The notes below the pieces were generated by a model. The model saw only the letters and a list, made by a program, of their open reading frames with translations, searched no databases and was not told the origin of the DNA. DNA of 59,246 nt, the filler included, from Sphacelaria rigidula (lineage: Eukaryota): NCBI GenBank assembly GCA_964200075.2. It is 10 parts of 10 records of this genome, joined end to end, with 100 filler letters (N's around TTAATTAATTAA, not from the genome) between each part and the next. Parts side by side here need not be neighbours in the genome. Positions count along the whole stretch, not along the records: positions 1 to 5,835 come from CAXNAA020024088.1; positions 5,936 to 11,770 come from CAXNAA020024089.1; positions 11,871 to 17,705 come from CAXNAA020024090.1; 7 more parts are not named here. The stretch is one strand, 5' to 3'. A program made the position numbers and the translations under genes. Positions 1 through 12,620 of the stretch are shown one piece after another; the first letter of the stretch is position 1, and each line of letters opens with the position of its first letter.

Positions 1-2989
1 AAAACCCGGCGTGCTCCATCCCGGCTTTGTACGAATGCAAAGTCAATGGTCTCATGACTATGGCATGCATGATCATGAATAAACCCCCCCCAAAAAAAAG
101 AAAAAGAAAAAAGGCTGGTTTGGAGAGACAAAATCTACACGTAAATCGGAATGAAAAAGCCGAGCACAACGAGCAGCTGGGAAACCCAAGCTTGTTGGGT
201 TCGTTTTCGCCGACAATGTCGCCCATACGGGGCACTTCATGCTGCCTGGAACCAAACATCGAGCCCTGTATGATCATTTTATTCGTGACAGTTTTGGGTT
301 GGTTTGGGGGGGATGCTATCGTAAAAGGACTCTTCATGTTCATGCACTCTATATTATGGTTAAATTATCGTGATCAAAATGAGAAACACGGCTATAATAG
401 GCAGCGAAGTAGTCTACCTGTAGTCCAACTGCACAGGGGAACAAAGGGACCATCTTGACAGCAACCGTGATTGATCAGAAGGGTCACTCCGCTCCTCTCA
501 GGCCTCGTTCCTGGCTTGTAATTTTTCGTGGGAAATTTTTACACACAGATAGATGGTTGACATGGTGAGCTTTTCGGCTGTTTTGCGAACAGGCCCCCAC
601 CCCCCCTATCAAAGACAACCTCCCCGCCCCATGGAAACCCCCGAATGTGTGGATCGTCAGCCTGTGAAACTGTTTCGAGACGACGCTCGCTGTATATACA
701 AATTGTAGAAGTGTAAAAACTGTAAAGCGCGTGATTTCCCCGACAACTCGATCGAAGATTTTTGGGGCAACTGGAAAAATCGGGAATCCGGCCAAAGAAA
801 AATTAGGCGTACGAAAAATAGGGAAAGTGCACTAGAATCCTCTTGGAAAAATAATCAATACTTCACAGGAATCCCAACCAACCCGCCGAGGCCCGTATTC
901 CGCCAAAAATCCGCGACAAAAGGTTCACAGAGGGAAAATATTAGAGAGTCCGCCGTTTTCTGATTGTAAGAGGCGGTCGAAATAAATTGTTGTTCAATTA
1001 TTGTCCTTCCCTTGTTGTCCAAAAAAATAAAATCCCACCAACTATCCAACCAACCATCCTCAATCAATATTTAATTAATTAAGTATTTACTTAATTTATG
1101 TATAAATAATAATTAATTAATTAATTGATTACATTCCTTGATGACCTGGTTGAGAAAAATGTCATCTTCTGCCATCGCATTTTTGGGGACGTTTTTCTTC
1201 CTCCCGAAAAGTCGGAAAAGTCGGAATGAAAAGAGCCCCGTTAACGACAACGACCCGAAGTATTGATTTGAATAGAAGAGAAACCCGAAACCCCCCGGCC
1301 GTGGCAGTCACAGGTGCAGATGTACCGGGTAAAGCATACAGTATGTAGAGAGGCGTTATCACTTTTATACCCGAGACAACCTTGGAAAACAGAGGGACTG
1401 CAACACGCTATCCGCGTCCAGGCCTTTGGTATTCAAGGATGATTGTTGCTGCTACGAACAATGTTGCGCATGTCCTTATTATGTTATTATGTGTTTCCTT
1501 GCTCGAGAACAAAAGACGAAAGATCGGTCTCGTGGAAAGAAAAGCAGCAGTCACGTAACGCTTGTACACAGCGAAGGTACGTTTGCTCCACCCGCATCAC
1601 TTTCACTTGAAAAATGTATCCAGTATCCGAATGGACTACCCTCGCGGTCGAAGGGGTAAACACCGTGGTTTTGCGAATGCTGAGTAAGGGTCCCTTCTTT
1701 ATCATATATCATGTTTGACACCGTGCCGACCCAACCCCGCCGTGTGTTGCTTGTGTGCGCTATTTACAGAGATAATGATAGAGCTATATTATTGTTGTAG
1801 CTATAGCAGTCTTGAAGCATTTTTTCAAAATATTATGTTTTACTTCGAAGTACGAGTAATTTCACACGTGCATGTTATGCATATTTGTGTGCGCTACTGC
1901 GCACTTTATCCACGTCCACCCCTACTCGCGCACCGAGAAAGGCGAAGACGCGAAAAAAAAAAACTGGGAGACGGAGCTCTCTGCAATCATACGTCCCTCC
2001 TCTCAGATGATGAAAATAGCGATTGGTTATTGTAAGACAACATCGTCATCAACAACTCCACCGACGGCTACCTACTACTGCTTAGCAGCAGGTGAGAAAA
2101 AAGAGAGGGCTGTTGCGCTATGGGTATCACATACTACTGATACATATGTATACGCATGTGCGCAGCAACCTGCAAGGAACGATCCGCGAACTCTCCTTGG
2201 TACCCAATTGCCTTGCACCTCTCGAAGACAGCGCCAGCGCAACAAATGCATGAGGGTGTCGTACTACGAAAGTACTCGCGCGTCCCACTACTGCTGGGTC
2301 CTGATCTACAAACCACGCACTGCGGCAAGCAGGCGAAAAAGTATTGTTTTCCCCTGTATACAGTCCATCGATGAAAACTAAGCTGGCATCACCATCAATC
2401 GCGGAAAGACCTGTAGCTCGATATGGTTGCTTGCTACCACACCCGCTTGCACACCAACACAACGTGAGTTTTGAAGTCTGAGCCGAACTGAGAGGCGAAT
2501 TTGCGCAACCCTCAACAAAAAAGTTGACGTGGAACAAATTGGCAGTGAAATAGCAACCAACACACAGAGGTTGGAATAGGGCTACAGACAGTACTTATTT
2601 CTGCACCAGGCCGCGATGAGTAACATACAGTACAGTCAGTGCGCTACACAGAGGGGATGTATTGCCGTGAAGAGGGGCCACAGTACGCAGAAAACTGTTT
2701 CAGGCTAGTGGTAGCAGTTTGGTGTTGGTTCGCTTGCCTTGTGAGAAGATGATGCATACGTAGTACACATGATAGTAGTGGCTTCAGGTGCTGTGTGGGC
2801 CAACTTCGATCCCTGCGGACAAATTCGTCACTGTTGTTGTTCTGTAGTTTAGAAACAAATGTCAGTTTTGTCTGTCGTGGACTCAACCTCGTCTGCACCC
2901 TGCATATTCGGATACTTTTTGCATGCCCTCGCACATCAAGCACATCCTTGATACAGAACTAGACTAACGCGAACACTCCGAACGCACCT

Positions 2990-3411
2990 TGTTGTGTTCC
3001 CGTCTAGTTTGACTTCTCTCTTGGTCAAACCAGCAGGAGTATAGTAGCAGTCGCCGCTGCTGTGTTTTCTCCTTCTGCTGCCGTCGCAAGTTACTCCTCT
3101 CACTCTCGTGCCCACAGGGATCGTCCAGTGCTAACCCTAACCCTAACCCTTCAGCTCTGTTGAGAGAAGACAGGGAAAGGAAGTATGTAGGTCAGTGATT
3201 GCCGTTATTATTGCAGAAGCTTGGATAGTGTGCCTGGTAAAGGGTCCTATCCGAGTCTTTGATTTTTGCTGTGTGTGGTGGGGTGGGTGTCACTTACTCT
3301 TGTGTGCGTGGTGGGGTCGCTATCCGTATCCATAATCCGTAGACAAAGTCAAAAGCTGGTTGGTCCGATGCGACTACATCGCTGTATTAGAGATTACCCG
3401 TTCAATCAACA
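2990..3411. mobile_element. Possible LTR remnant containing a short (CCCTAA)n tract
   Basis: Begins TGTTG (2990) and ends CAACA (3411); telomere-type CTAACCCTAACCCTAACCCT at 3131-3150. No TSD or second copy seen. Confidence 0.3.
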
Positions 3412-5835
3412 GTAACAACAACAGTGACCGATAACTTCAGACTTGTTCGTCCATCTCGTATCTTCCGACAATCGTCGTCACCGGTCGTTATTGTTGTTTA
3501 TCTACCATCATGTTTGAAATACTCTACCAGAATCTTCCTCCGGCCAGCAAGCCTCGAGATGACGATCGACAGCCCCACGATCAATACGACGATCCACCAA
3601 GTTTGGTTGACATCAAACCCACGTTGGTCGTCAGCGGGAAATATCGAAAGTTTGGATCCGGTACTCATGGCTGACGGCCAAGCTAATGATGGGCGGGTAT
3701 GCGTCCGATGTTATAGAGGCGTGCTTCATGCTGGATAACCGGCCACGTGCGTCAAATAAGCTCGCTTGCGTGATAAGACTTGCTGTGCACACAAAAAGCT
3801 ATTCGGAACCATTACAACCAGCCAAGCCAGCGTATAACACGGATAAGCATACTATTCATGGGCTCACAAAAGAGAACAAGGCGATCTAGTGACGAGGGAG
3901 GGGTATGTTGTGGGAATGGCGTGCTATTTGTGTTTCAGAATGGCCCGCCCGTGATCTCACTGTCACCTGGGAGCTGAGGGAGTGTCTCAGCAAATCATTT
4001 TTCGATCGGAAAAATGCGGTGGAAAACAAATATTCCGATATGATGGGTCGTGATTTCAACCATCTTCAAAATAAACTGATAATTGAAATCACGACCTGCT
4101 ACTGTTGTGTCATATTGGAATTTTTCGCTTTCCCACCGGAAAAAAATGGACTCAACGGTCGACGGGGGAAAGGGACGGCGGAACAAGGATGTCGATTACC
4201 TGTGCACCCGTAATTACCGGTAACACCTACAGTATGGGGGGTAGGTAATACATAATTTGGCGGTAATAAGGGTCCCAAATTTCGGTCGCATCCACGGGCC
4301 CCACATGTTGCTCGCAGCGTTGCAAAGCTGTGACGAGCATGGCGAGGGCAGTATGATATAGAAGATACTTGGTGACATGCCGGAATGATTTCATCTTGTG
4401 CGTGTGTACACGAAGAGTGAGAGCGTCTTGCAATTTGTGCGCGATGGCTAGGTTTACCAGGCTGACAGCACGCTTCATCGGACTTACTTGCATTCACAAA
4501 ATGAAAATAGACCGGCGGCGACAAGGCGACAATATGATAGCAGTGATAGTATGGGGTGGAAAGATGGTGCGGAAGTGTGGTACTACAAAAAAGATAATTG
4601 GTGAGAAGAAGAGACGTGATGAAATATACATACATGATGAGAAGTGCATTACACAAACGCGCAAAGTGCGTTCAAACCTCCTCTCTGGCGTTAATACACT
4701 GATTTTAGTGTAGAACTGTGGAAACCCGGGGATACACCACGAATCATCCCCGTTTTTGCGGTAATTAGATAGGTAAGTTTTTTAAAATCCTGATTTCATT
4801 GAATTACGGTAAGTAAGTTATTGGTCTAATCTGGGGTAATCGACATCCTTGCTGCGGAACCCCTCTAGCCAAGGGCGGGTGAAAATCTAGCCAAGGGCGG
4901 GTGAAAAAAATATTCCTAGACCCACACTCATTTTTTTCCATTTGGGGCCGATTGGGGCGGGGGGGGGGTAGCACTGTTGGGACCTTGTCCGGGGTGGCAG
5001 GTTCCGGTTCCATACTAAATCCTATATACTCAATGCAACCAAGCTCAACCACAAGTTACTTGTTGGTTTTAGATTGGGTTGAACGGGGGAGAAGAGTCAC
5101 TTCACTTGTAGAGCACACCAAAGCACGAGCAGCGAAAAACTAAACAGCGAGTCGCGGTCTTGGCAAGTATTGGTTTGGTGTTGGGCTTGAAGTACGCTGT
5201 GTAAGCGAACATAAACCGCTTGATCCATTGCTTGATGCAACCTGATCATGAACCCTAGCAAACCCAAGTGAGTCAGATGACTGGAGTTCGGCACTCTAAC
5301 ACCAGAACAAGCAGAGGCAAGGACTTGTCGCAAAAACGCGGCGAGACTAAAAACTGAAACCGTGAAAAACGCGGTGGGGGGAGACGGGTTGATTGAGTTG
5401 GGGCAAAAGGTCGAGGCGCGCGCGGGGGGGGGGGGGGGGGGGGGGGGGGCGAACCACAAACCCTTCCCCNNNNNNNNNNGGGTGGGGGCGGGCTTTGTGT
5501 GGCGGTGGCATGTGCGTGGGCTGGGGGCGGGGGGGTCGGGTGCTAGTTGCGACGAACCACAAACCCTTCACCCGTCTGTGACCGCAGCAACCACTGCACC
5601 GGCCACACTGGTGTGGCTGAGGGGTGTGGCCGGAGGATCTGCGTAATTTATTTGGCGTAATCAATCATTTTTACTTCCTCGCTTGAATTCTCTTGAATCA
5701 CAAAGAACCGTTGATAAATTATTGGAAAACAGCACTTAACACTGCTCACACCATTGCACACCATCCAAGTTTATTAATGAAACACACGAACAAACCACGC
5801 ACGGCTCGTGCGCATTGTTTCGACAACGTGTTGCT

Positions 5836-5935
5836 NNNNNNNNNNNNNNNNNNNNNNNNNNNNNNNNNNNNNNNNNNNNTTAATTAATTAANNNNNNNNN
5901 NNNNNNNNNNNNNNNNNNNNNNNNNNNNNNNNNNN
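5836..5935. other. Artificial contig linker (N44-TTAATTAATTAA-N44), first of nine
   Basis: The same 100-bp linker with stops in all six frames is at 5836-5935, 11771-11870, 17706-17805, 23641-23740, 29576-29675, 35511-35610, 41445-41544, 47379-47478 and 53313-53412. The pieces between them are 5835 bp (x6) then 5834 bp (x4), i.e. size-sorted contigs. Confidence 0.98.
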
Positions 5936-6411
5936 CTGCTTGCACTGGGTTTGTATACATGTGTGACGTCAGTCTCTGATATGTCACTGTAAAGGATATC
6001 TCCCACAATTGACCGCTTTTCAATCTCAATCGTATCATCTACTCTCGATCTCACGAAAACACTGTTTTTGTCAGTACAGTACATGATAATGCCGTGTATA
6101 AGTACATGATGGCACAGTCGGTATTACGAGAACAGATAACAAACAGTGTGCGAGCAGTGCGGTACGTCACCCGTCAAGTACAGCTACAGCATCTAGGAGA
6201 GTGCAGTAGCGTTTGTTACAGTGATACATATGGCAGCGCAGCGCAGCATGAAATATTACCGCTTGTCAAACCCCGTGTGAAGCTGCTTCAGCAGCTCGCG
6301 CGGGCAGTAGGCACGCCCTGCGCTGTCATGAGACTGTCTTCAGCTGCCGTTGCAAAAATATCAAACGCCTCGTACTCTGGCGTTGTACGTCAATGCAAGT
6401 ACGTCAACTAA

Positions 6412-6509
6412 CAAAAAACTCGGGGAGTCACGATCTCGGAATGATTTCCCCCGGTATTCAAAAAAAATGAGGGAAACCGTTCCGAGACCGTGACTCCCCG
6501 AGTTTTTTG
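6412..6509. repeat. Hairpin / inverted repeat (39-bp arms, 20-bp loop), probably MITE-derived
   Basis: CAAAAAACTCGGGGAGTCACGATCTCGGAATGATTTCCC (6412-6450) matches the reverse complement of 6471-6509 with 3 mismatches. Confidence 0.85.
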
Positions 6510-8519
6510 CCCCCGATTTGGTCCAAATTCATGTCCATAAAATGCGTTCCCCGATTTTTTCCCCCCTGATGCTAGAAAAAATCGAGATTCGTGACTGCCA
6601 AGAAAATTTGGTCTAAGCAGTGAGATGGCTGTCCATGGACAACACACGGATTGGTCCAGGACACCGAGAAGCCCCGGGAAAATAAGCAATTCCCAGAAAT
6701 ATATGCACTGCGAAAACTCCAGGATCATGAACAAAATTTCGTGAACATAGAAGTTGGTACTACTACACGACACTTCATGGAAAAGCGTCACGAGAACAGT
6801 TTCTTCTTGATCGGCACATCATAATCAAATGTATGCTTTTCCCACAACAACAAAAATAAAGCACAGCTTCTTATTATGTGGGACTGCGACGAAGGTGTAG
6901 AGATGGTTTGGGAGAGCTCGAAGAACTCCCTGGGTTACATGACTGTTCCTTTATTTTTTTCATTATTCTATTCTATTTTTGCTGCTCCTGACCACGGGGG
7001 CTGGATTGTTGCATTCAGCTAATGTGAGATAATCAATCAATGCGAATTTTCTAGTTCGCCCGATAGCCACTCCCGGCATACGAAGTATCGGCAAAGTGCG
7101 GTGGAATCCTCTCGGAGAGTACAGCACTCCTTCCGAGGTGACACAGTCAAGCAAGCCCCTTTTGGGGACCATAATCGGTGCCAAACTTCCATGATGCATT
7201 TCTCAGAATATTTCTACCCGGATACATACCCAAGATGTGGCCTACAATGGGACGAATGGTGCTTCTCACTGCATCATACGGACTGTGATCAACACGAGTA
7301 CAGATCAGATAACACGCAGACATCGGTGGCTGGAAATATGTAGACACTAATATGAGGTGTTTCACGGGAAATGTTGCCGTGCTTATGGTGCGATCCAAAT
7401 CATGAGCTTAGGCGTGTGCGTGCGCGGGCGTACAGTGTTCACCTGATGAGGTCAAGATCGAGGTGGCAAACGGCAGGATGCTTCGTCTGAATGGCGGGTA
7501 CCATTCACTGAATACTTGCTATTGATTGAACGCTTGCCACCCTGCAGTAGCGAGTGAAGGGTGCTCCGCCCAGGGAGGGCCATGATCTGAGCCCGTGCAT
7601 CATCACTCTCCATACTACCGGCAGCGGTCTACCCGCCTACACGTACCTGGGTATCTGCGCCCGCTGCGTACATTAACCGCAAGTGGAAGCAGCTTGACCA
7701 CGCGAAGTGGTGCATCTGGTGCTTCCGCACACGAATCTTTCTTTCGTATAGGCACAACCACTGTGCGCGCCAAGGAAGCGGAAGTAGAGCAAACGAATGA
7801 AAAACCCGGTGCATGCCTACGGTCAGTTTGGTATGCGTGCGGCTGGATGTCGTGTCAACACCACGGCTGGCGAAAATGAGGGCCTTTGTCAAGATACTCG
7901 CCAGAAGAAAAGGTGTCCGCCGTCAATCCATGGAGACAGGAGTGTCATGTTATGAACGACCAAGATATGCCAAGAGTTCTACGCACATAACCCACCTGAT
8001 TAAAACCACATCCTCACCCTACGTTTTATATGCCGATCACTGTTTCTTCTGCAGATGCTACTGCTGGGCTTGTCGCGTGCAGGCGAGGTCCTTGTTGCTT
8101 TGTGCCTGTTTCGCCCCGTTCTTCCGCCAGAGTTAGCGTCACGTTTTTTACCACCCTTCTATAAACGAAGGACGGTTGAGTCTGCAGACTCGACAAATGA
8201 TGTACGCACGATTATTATGACGGCACGGAGTTGAAAAACCTAAAAAGAACACGTTCGCAGTCGCAGAACCCCCTCCAAGATGTGTGTATCGGTTCTTATC
8301 ACCACCTCCTCCGAGAACCGACGATGGATATTTCGCCATAGCTGGCCCAGCAGATATACTTTTTGTACACTTGAAGGGGTCATTTTCCATTTAGTCATGT
8401 CAGTTCTTTGTTCCATAATAATGCAGGCTGGTTCACGCTCATTACCCAAAAAATATTCATCGGCAAAATCTCACGCCATTTGCAGGAGTTAGACTCGGAA
8501 ATTTTGCGCAGATGTTCTA

Positions 8520-8689
8520 TGGGACATTACGCAACATTCGAAGGTCGAGGTGTTTTACTGTTTTATATTTTGTTACCGTTTTTTCGGGAGTCCAAGTTTT
8601 TAGGGGAAACTTCGAGCCAGTCAGCCCCCCGTAAAACGGTAACAAAATGATTTAAAAAACTGGTCCATCCAAAGTTGCGTAATGGCCCA
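8520..8689. mobile_element. Short MITE-like element
   Basis: Terminal inverted repeats TGGGACATTACGCAAC ... GTTGCGTAATGGCCCA; TSD not clear. Confidence 0.55.
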
Positions 8690-9043
8690 CAGCACAACCG
8701 TGGAAAAAATTAGGGTCTACCTCCTTCAAATGGTGTGACGCGTTTTACTCTTGTGCGATGAACTTTGCGGTGGTGATGGAGGCAAAGAAAATCACACATG
8801 GAATGAAAAAAAGGTCAAGTTAAAGCGAATGATCGAAGTCACTGCACTCTCAGTCAGCGCTCTACTCTCAATCTCACGAAAACGTTGTTACGTATCATTT
8901 CGGAGGAGTTTGAAAAAAATTTACCATCGTATTTCTCCACGCCTTCCGAGACCCGCGAAAAACAAGAATTGTCTCAGTTCGGCTCCGAAATCCGGTCCGT
9001 GGTATTAAAGTGTTTTGTGCTTTTAAAACGAGATGTTGTAGTC

Positions 9044-9467
9044 AACAGTGGATTCTCAAAAATGGGGTTGGAAACAAAAGGGAGATTCAACTCAAAAGCT
9101 GTGCTCTCCCTGGCCTAAATTCATGACAAATGAATTTCACATGGACGACCTCATCCCTCCCGCGTTCCCTAAAACTATTTCCGGGGATTCCTAGCCTTCG
9201 TTCCTCCAAAGGATATGTGCGGAAGCACACTTTTGCCTGGATTTCGGGGTGAACAAAAGGACGCATTTTGGCCCAACAATCGTGCTTTCGCACATACCCT
9301 TCGGGGGACGGAAGGCTAGAAATTCCCCAAAATAGTTTCAAGGTCGGGAGAGATGAGGTTGTCCATATGAATGTCATTTATTTGTCATGAAATTAGGTCA
9401 GGGAAAGCATGGCTTTCGAGTTGAACCTCAATTTTCGTTTCAACCCTATTTTCGAGAGTCCACTGTT
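9044..9467. mobile_element. Foldback (near-palindromic) non-autonomous TIR element, AACAG...CTGTT family
   Basis: About 190-bp imperfect inverted arms; terminus AACAGTGGATTCTCAAAAATGGGGTTGG resembles AACAGGGGATTCTATAAAATGAGGTTGG of the element at 26445. TSD degenerate. Confidence 0.8.
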
Positions 9468-11303
9468 AGAATATGTGTGAATTGATTTTGAGGATGAGCA
9501 AGACGACACATGACGGCCCAAGAGTGCTTTCAATTGTACCATTTTCCACAAATATTTGACGATTATCGAGGTTCCCGCGATGGATTGGAAACGATCCGCA
9601 AGGGGGTGGTATTTGCAGTGCGCGCGCGCGGTGGAGAAGGGGGCAACGGCTTGTTGCGACGGTGTGTGAAGTATATCTATATCGTGCGTCTCGTGCCTGT
9701 GGATGTCGGCCCAGTAACCCATCCAACGGTGATAGAATGAGTTTTCGCTTCGAGGCTGTGTCGGAATCCCCTTCCCCAATGTATCTATACATAACCGCGA
9801 TATGCAGTACGGATCAGCAATAACAGGGAAAAGAGGGGACATTCAAGGTATACGAAACATACGTTGGAGGGTAAAAGTGTTGTTCCTCCCCCCCAGGAAC
9901 GATGAATGCTGATTCTCGCCACTCAAACGTGTTTGGTAAAACTTTAAACTTCATATTTTCAATCAAAAGTGGACTTTTCAGGTTTAGCGGTTACCACGAC
10001 CCATCGCCGTTCACCTTCGACCCCAAACTCCGAGAATCGAAACAACCCGACACAAGTTTCGAGGACAAAATATAATCTGCGAGCAAGTTCGAACGAGATA
10101 CGAGCTCACCGGTCTTTGAGTGTCCTACACGTGGACAGCTCCGATTCTCGGCCTGTGATACTTGTGCTCGACCGACCGGCGACCCGAAGCGTTATAGTGG
10201 ACATTTTCAAGCCTTCAACTCTTCTAAATATCGGGAAATTGTGTGGACACGTGGAACCGTCTCCACGAGTATAGCAAGGCATTCCAAGGTATCAAAATCC
10301 GCCCAGCTCTATTTTAGGACGTGGAACGACGCCGAAGCTCTAAAAGGCAGCTTTGCAGACTTGGATTTCTGCTTGCCATAAGAAGTGGCGTGAAGAGAAG
10401 GAGAAAAAAACACGAAGATGGGACCCACAAATGGAGTAAACTGAAAAACAAACACGAAAACGAAACCAAGCAACAAAAGTTAAAGGAAGAAAAGGAGAAA
10501 AAAGTAGGGGGGGGATATAATACGAAAACAATGGAAACAAAATTAGGAAGAAAAAAAAGCCGCTCCCTGCAGCATGGTTATAGGGGGGAGGGGGGAGAGG
10601 CGGTGTCCATTAACAGACACGAAAAGCATCCCCACTTCCTCTGGTCGAAGTGAATGGTCCCCCGTTACACTCACGCCACCTTCCCCCGCCCCTCGACCTT
10701 GGATTAACTTCTCCCCCAGGTTGACCGATCTATGTTCCGACACCCTCCCGCAAACCTGTCTAAATTCCCTCCATGGACAACGTTCTTCACCCCTAATATC
10801 TCCTGTACATTAAAAACAAGGACAAGACACAAGACACACACACACATCTGACTTCTACACGGGCGTGCGGTGGTGATGACATATTTACGGCGCATCACGG
10901 CATTCAGAAGACTAACGCGCGTAATTTTTACTCCCTGATATGACGCGCTTAGTGCCAAATCTCCACATGTTGAACTTGTAAAACATACTCAATAAAAAAG
11001 TGTGATTTGTACACGCCTATGTACACACCTTGGACGGCGAAAATGGCCCACGGTACACATACGCCAGCCTTGCAAACAAACCAAGCGAACAACGGTAGAA
11101 ACAATAAAATTACGTCGGTAGCGCTGAACCGAGCACACACACACCCCGCCGAATTGCACGCCGGAGCAACTGCCTATCCCCGACACACCAACGTTCGCTC
11201 CCGACAACAATTAATTGCATTGCCAGCCTACGATGTTCAGAAGAGAAGATGAACCTACTCATTGCCCCATCTTCTTTTTCGACAGCATCCCAAAGGAGTG
11301 AAA

Positions 11304-11642
11304 TCACCGCAAGCCGTAGTGCCCATCGTCACCGCCCCCCCAATCTCTTGTTTCGCTGGTATGGTCATCTGGCCCCTCTAGAGCACCGCCGGTCGACCCC
11401 GCCCTTCCGATACTCGCCGCCGCAGCAGCAGTGTCGGCAGCGTCGTCGCCGGTAGCTTTACCGTCAATCGAAGCACTACGATCAATATTTGATCCACTGG
11501 TGGCAGGATCTGAAGCTCTACTTGGCGGTGCCGGAGGCACTACTTGAAACGACGTCGTGAGCGAGCCATGGTCGCTCATGGTGTAGTCCTCCGGCCATAC
11601 GCCTTGCTCCAACGACGGTGGCCATATCCGAGATGAGACAGG
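11304..11642 (-). CDS. Terminal exon of an endonuclease/exonuclease/phosphatase (EEP) family protein, similar to the plant calcium-binding EEP type
   Basis: Polypyrimidine tract plus CAG acceptor at 11645-11643. The exon reads PVSSRIWPPSLEQGVWPEDYTMSDHGSLTTSF..., with the EEP C-terminal SDH motif in a G-x-WPEDY-x-x-SDH context, then a low-complexity tail and TGA. Upstream exons are off-contig. Confidence 0.8.
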   Translation of the reverse strand, partial: PVSSRIWPPSLEQGVWPEDYTMSDHGSLTTSFQVVPPAPPSRASDPATSGSNIDRSASIDGKATGDDAADTAAAAASIGRAGSTGGALEGPDDHTSETRDWGGGDDGHYGLR

Positions 11643-12184
11643 CTGGTGGGAGGAGTTAGGTAAGAGAAGGGAAGGACGGGGGGGGGGGGGGGGGGGGGAG
11701 AAAAAAAACCACGAAGAGGGAGAAAAACACAGGAAACCCCCCTTTTGACCCCACTTTTTCAACAAACCAANNNNNNNNNNNNNNNNNNNNNNNNNNNNNN
11801 NNNNNNNNNNNNNNTTAATTAATTAANNNNNNNNNNNNNNNNNNNNNNNNNNNNNNNNNNNNNNNNNNNNGGAAGGATGTCTGACACACGTACGAGCCTC
11901 GTTTTTTGTGCAACCAAATACCCCCCCCTCCTATCGTAGGATGACTCGTTACAGACAACCCAAGCAGAGCGCCACCAACGGCTTTATGCACGAGTTCATC
12001 AAGGATGGTTCACCAGCACGCCACTGCAGACGTCCAAAGCAAAAGTGAAATAACCTAGCCAAAACAATTGATAAAAGGCATAAAGGTCGAACGAGATTGC
12101 ACGAGTCAACGAACTAGAGGGCTTACAACTACGTCGGGGTGTATTGGGACATCAAGTTCCAGACAGATCCGGAACCTGTGCAGC

Positions 12185-12501
12185 CGCGTTGTTGTTATCC
12201 GTTGTTGTGGCTGTTCGTTGTTTGTTTGCTGCGGTTCGTTGTTGTCCTTTGTCTTCTTCATTGTGCTGCTGCTATCGTCTGTCGCTCTTGTTATCGGCTG
12301 TTGTTGTTGGTGGTGGTGGTGGTGGCGTTGCTTCTGCCTGTTATCGTCTGCTGTTGTTACGGCCGCTACGGTCGCTGCTGCTTTTTTGTGCTGCTGTTCG
12401 TCGTTGCCGCGCAGCTCTGTGTTGTTGATGCTCTGTATTGTTGATGCTGTTGCTGCTGCTGTTGTTGACTGTTGTCTTTTGCCGCTGTTGCCTTTTACTA
12501 C

Positions 12502-12539
<38 letters not shown>

Positions 12540-12620
12540 GTTGTTGCTGCTGCTGCTGTTTCCACTGTGCTTTCTGCCACCCTGGTTGGCTGTTATTGTC
12601 CCGCTTGTTGTGTTGTTTTT
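12185..12620. repeat. Degenerate (GTT/GCT)n trinucleotide microsatellite region
   Basis: Long runs such as (GTT)n at about 12503-12545 and (GCT)n; these generate the spurious poly-C/V/L/N ORFs. Confidence 0.9.

Noticed and set aside
5420..5540. G-quadruplex-like poly-G tracts (also 53238-53312)
   Set aside because: Adjacent to N gaps or contig ends; homopolymer lengths are unreliable.
5880..5891. Regularly spaced TTAATTAATTAA palindrome as a biological periodic signal
   Set aside because: Always embedded in N-runs; synthetic stop linker.
7441..7470. CTGATGAG hammerhead ribozyme-like core
   Set aside because: Stem II would have a 2-nt loop and is followed by GAG rather than GAAA; no stems I or III found.
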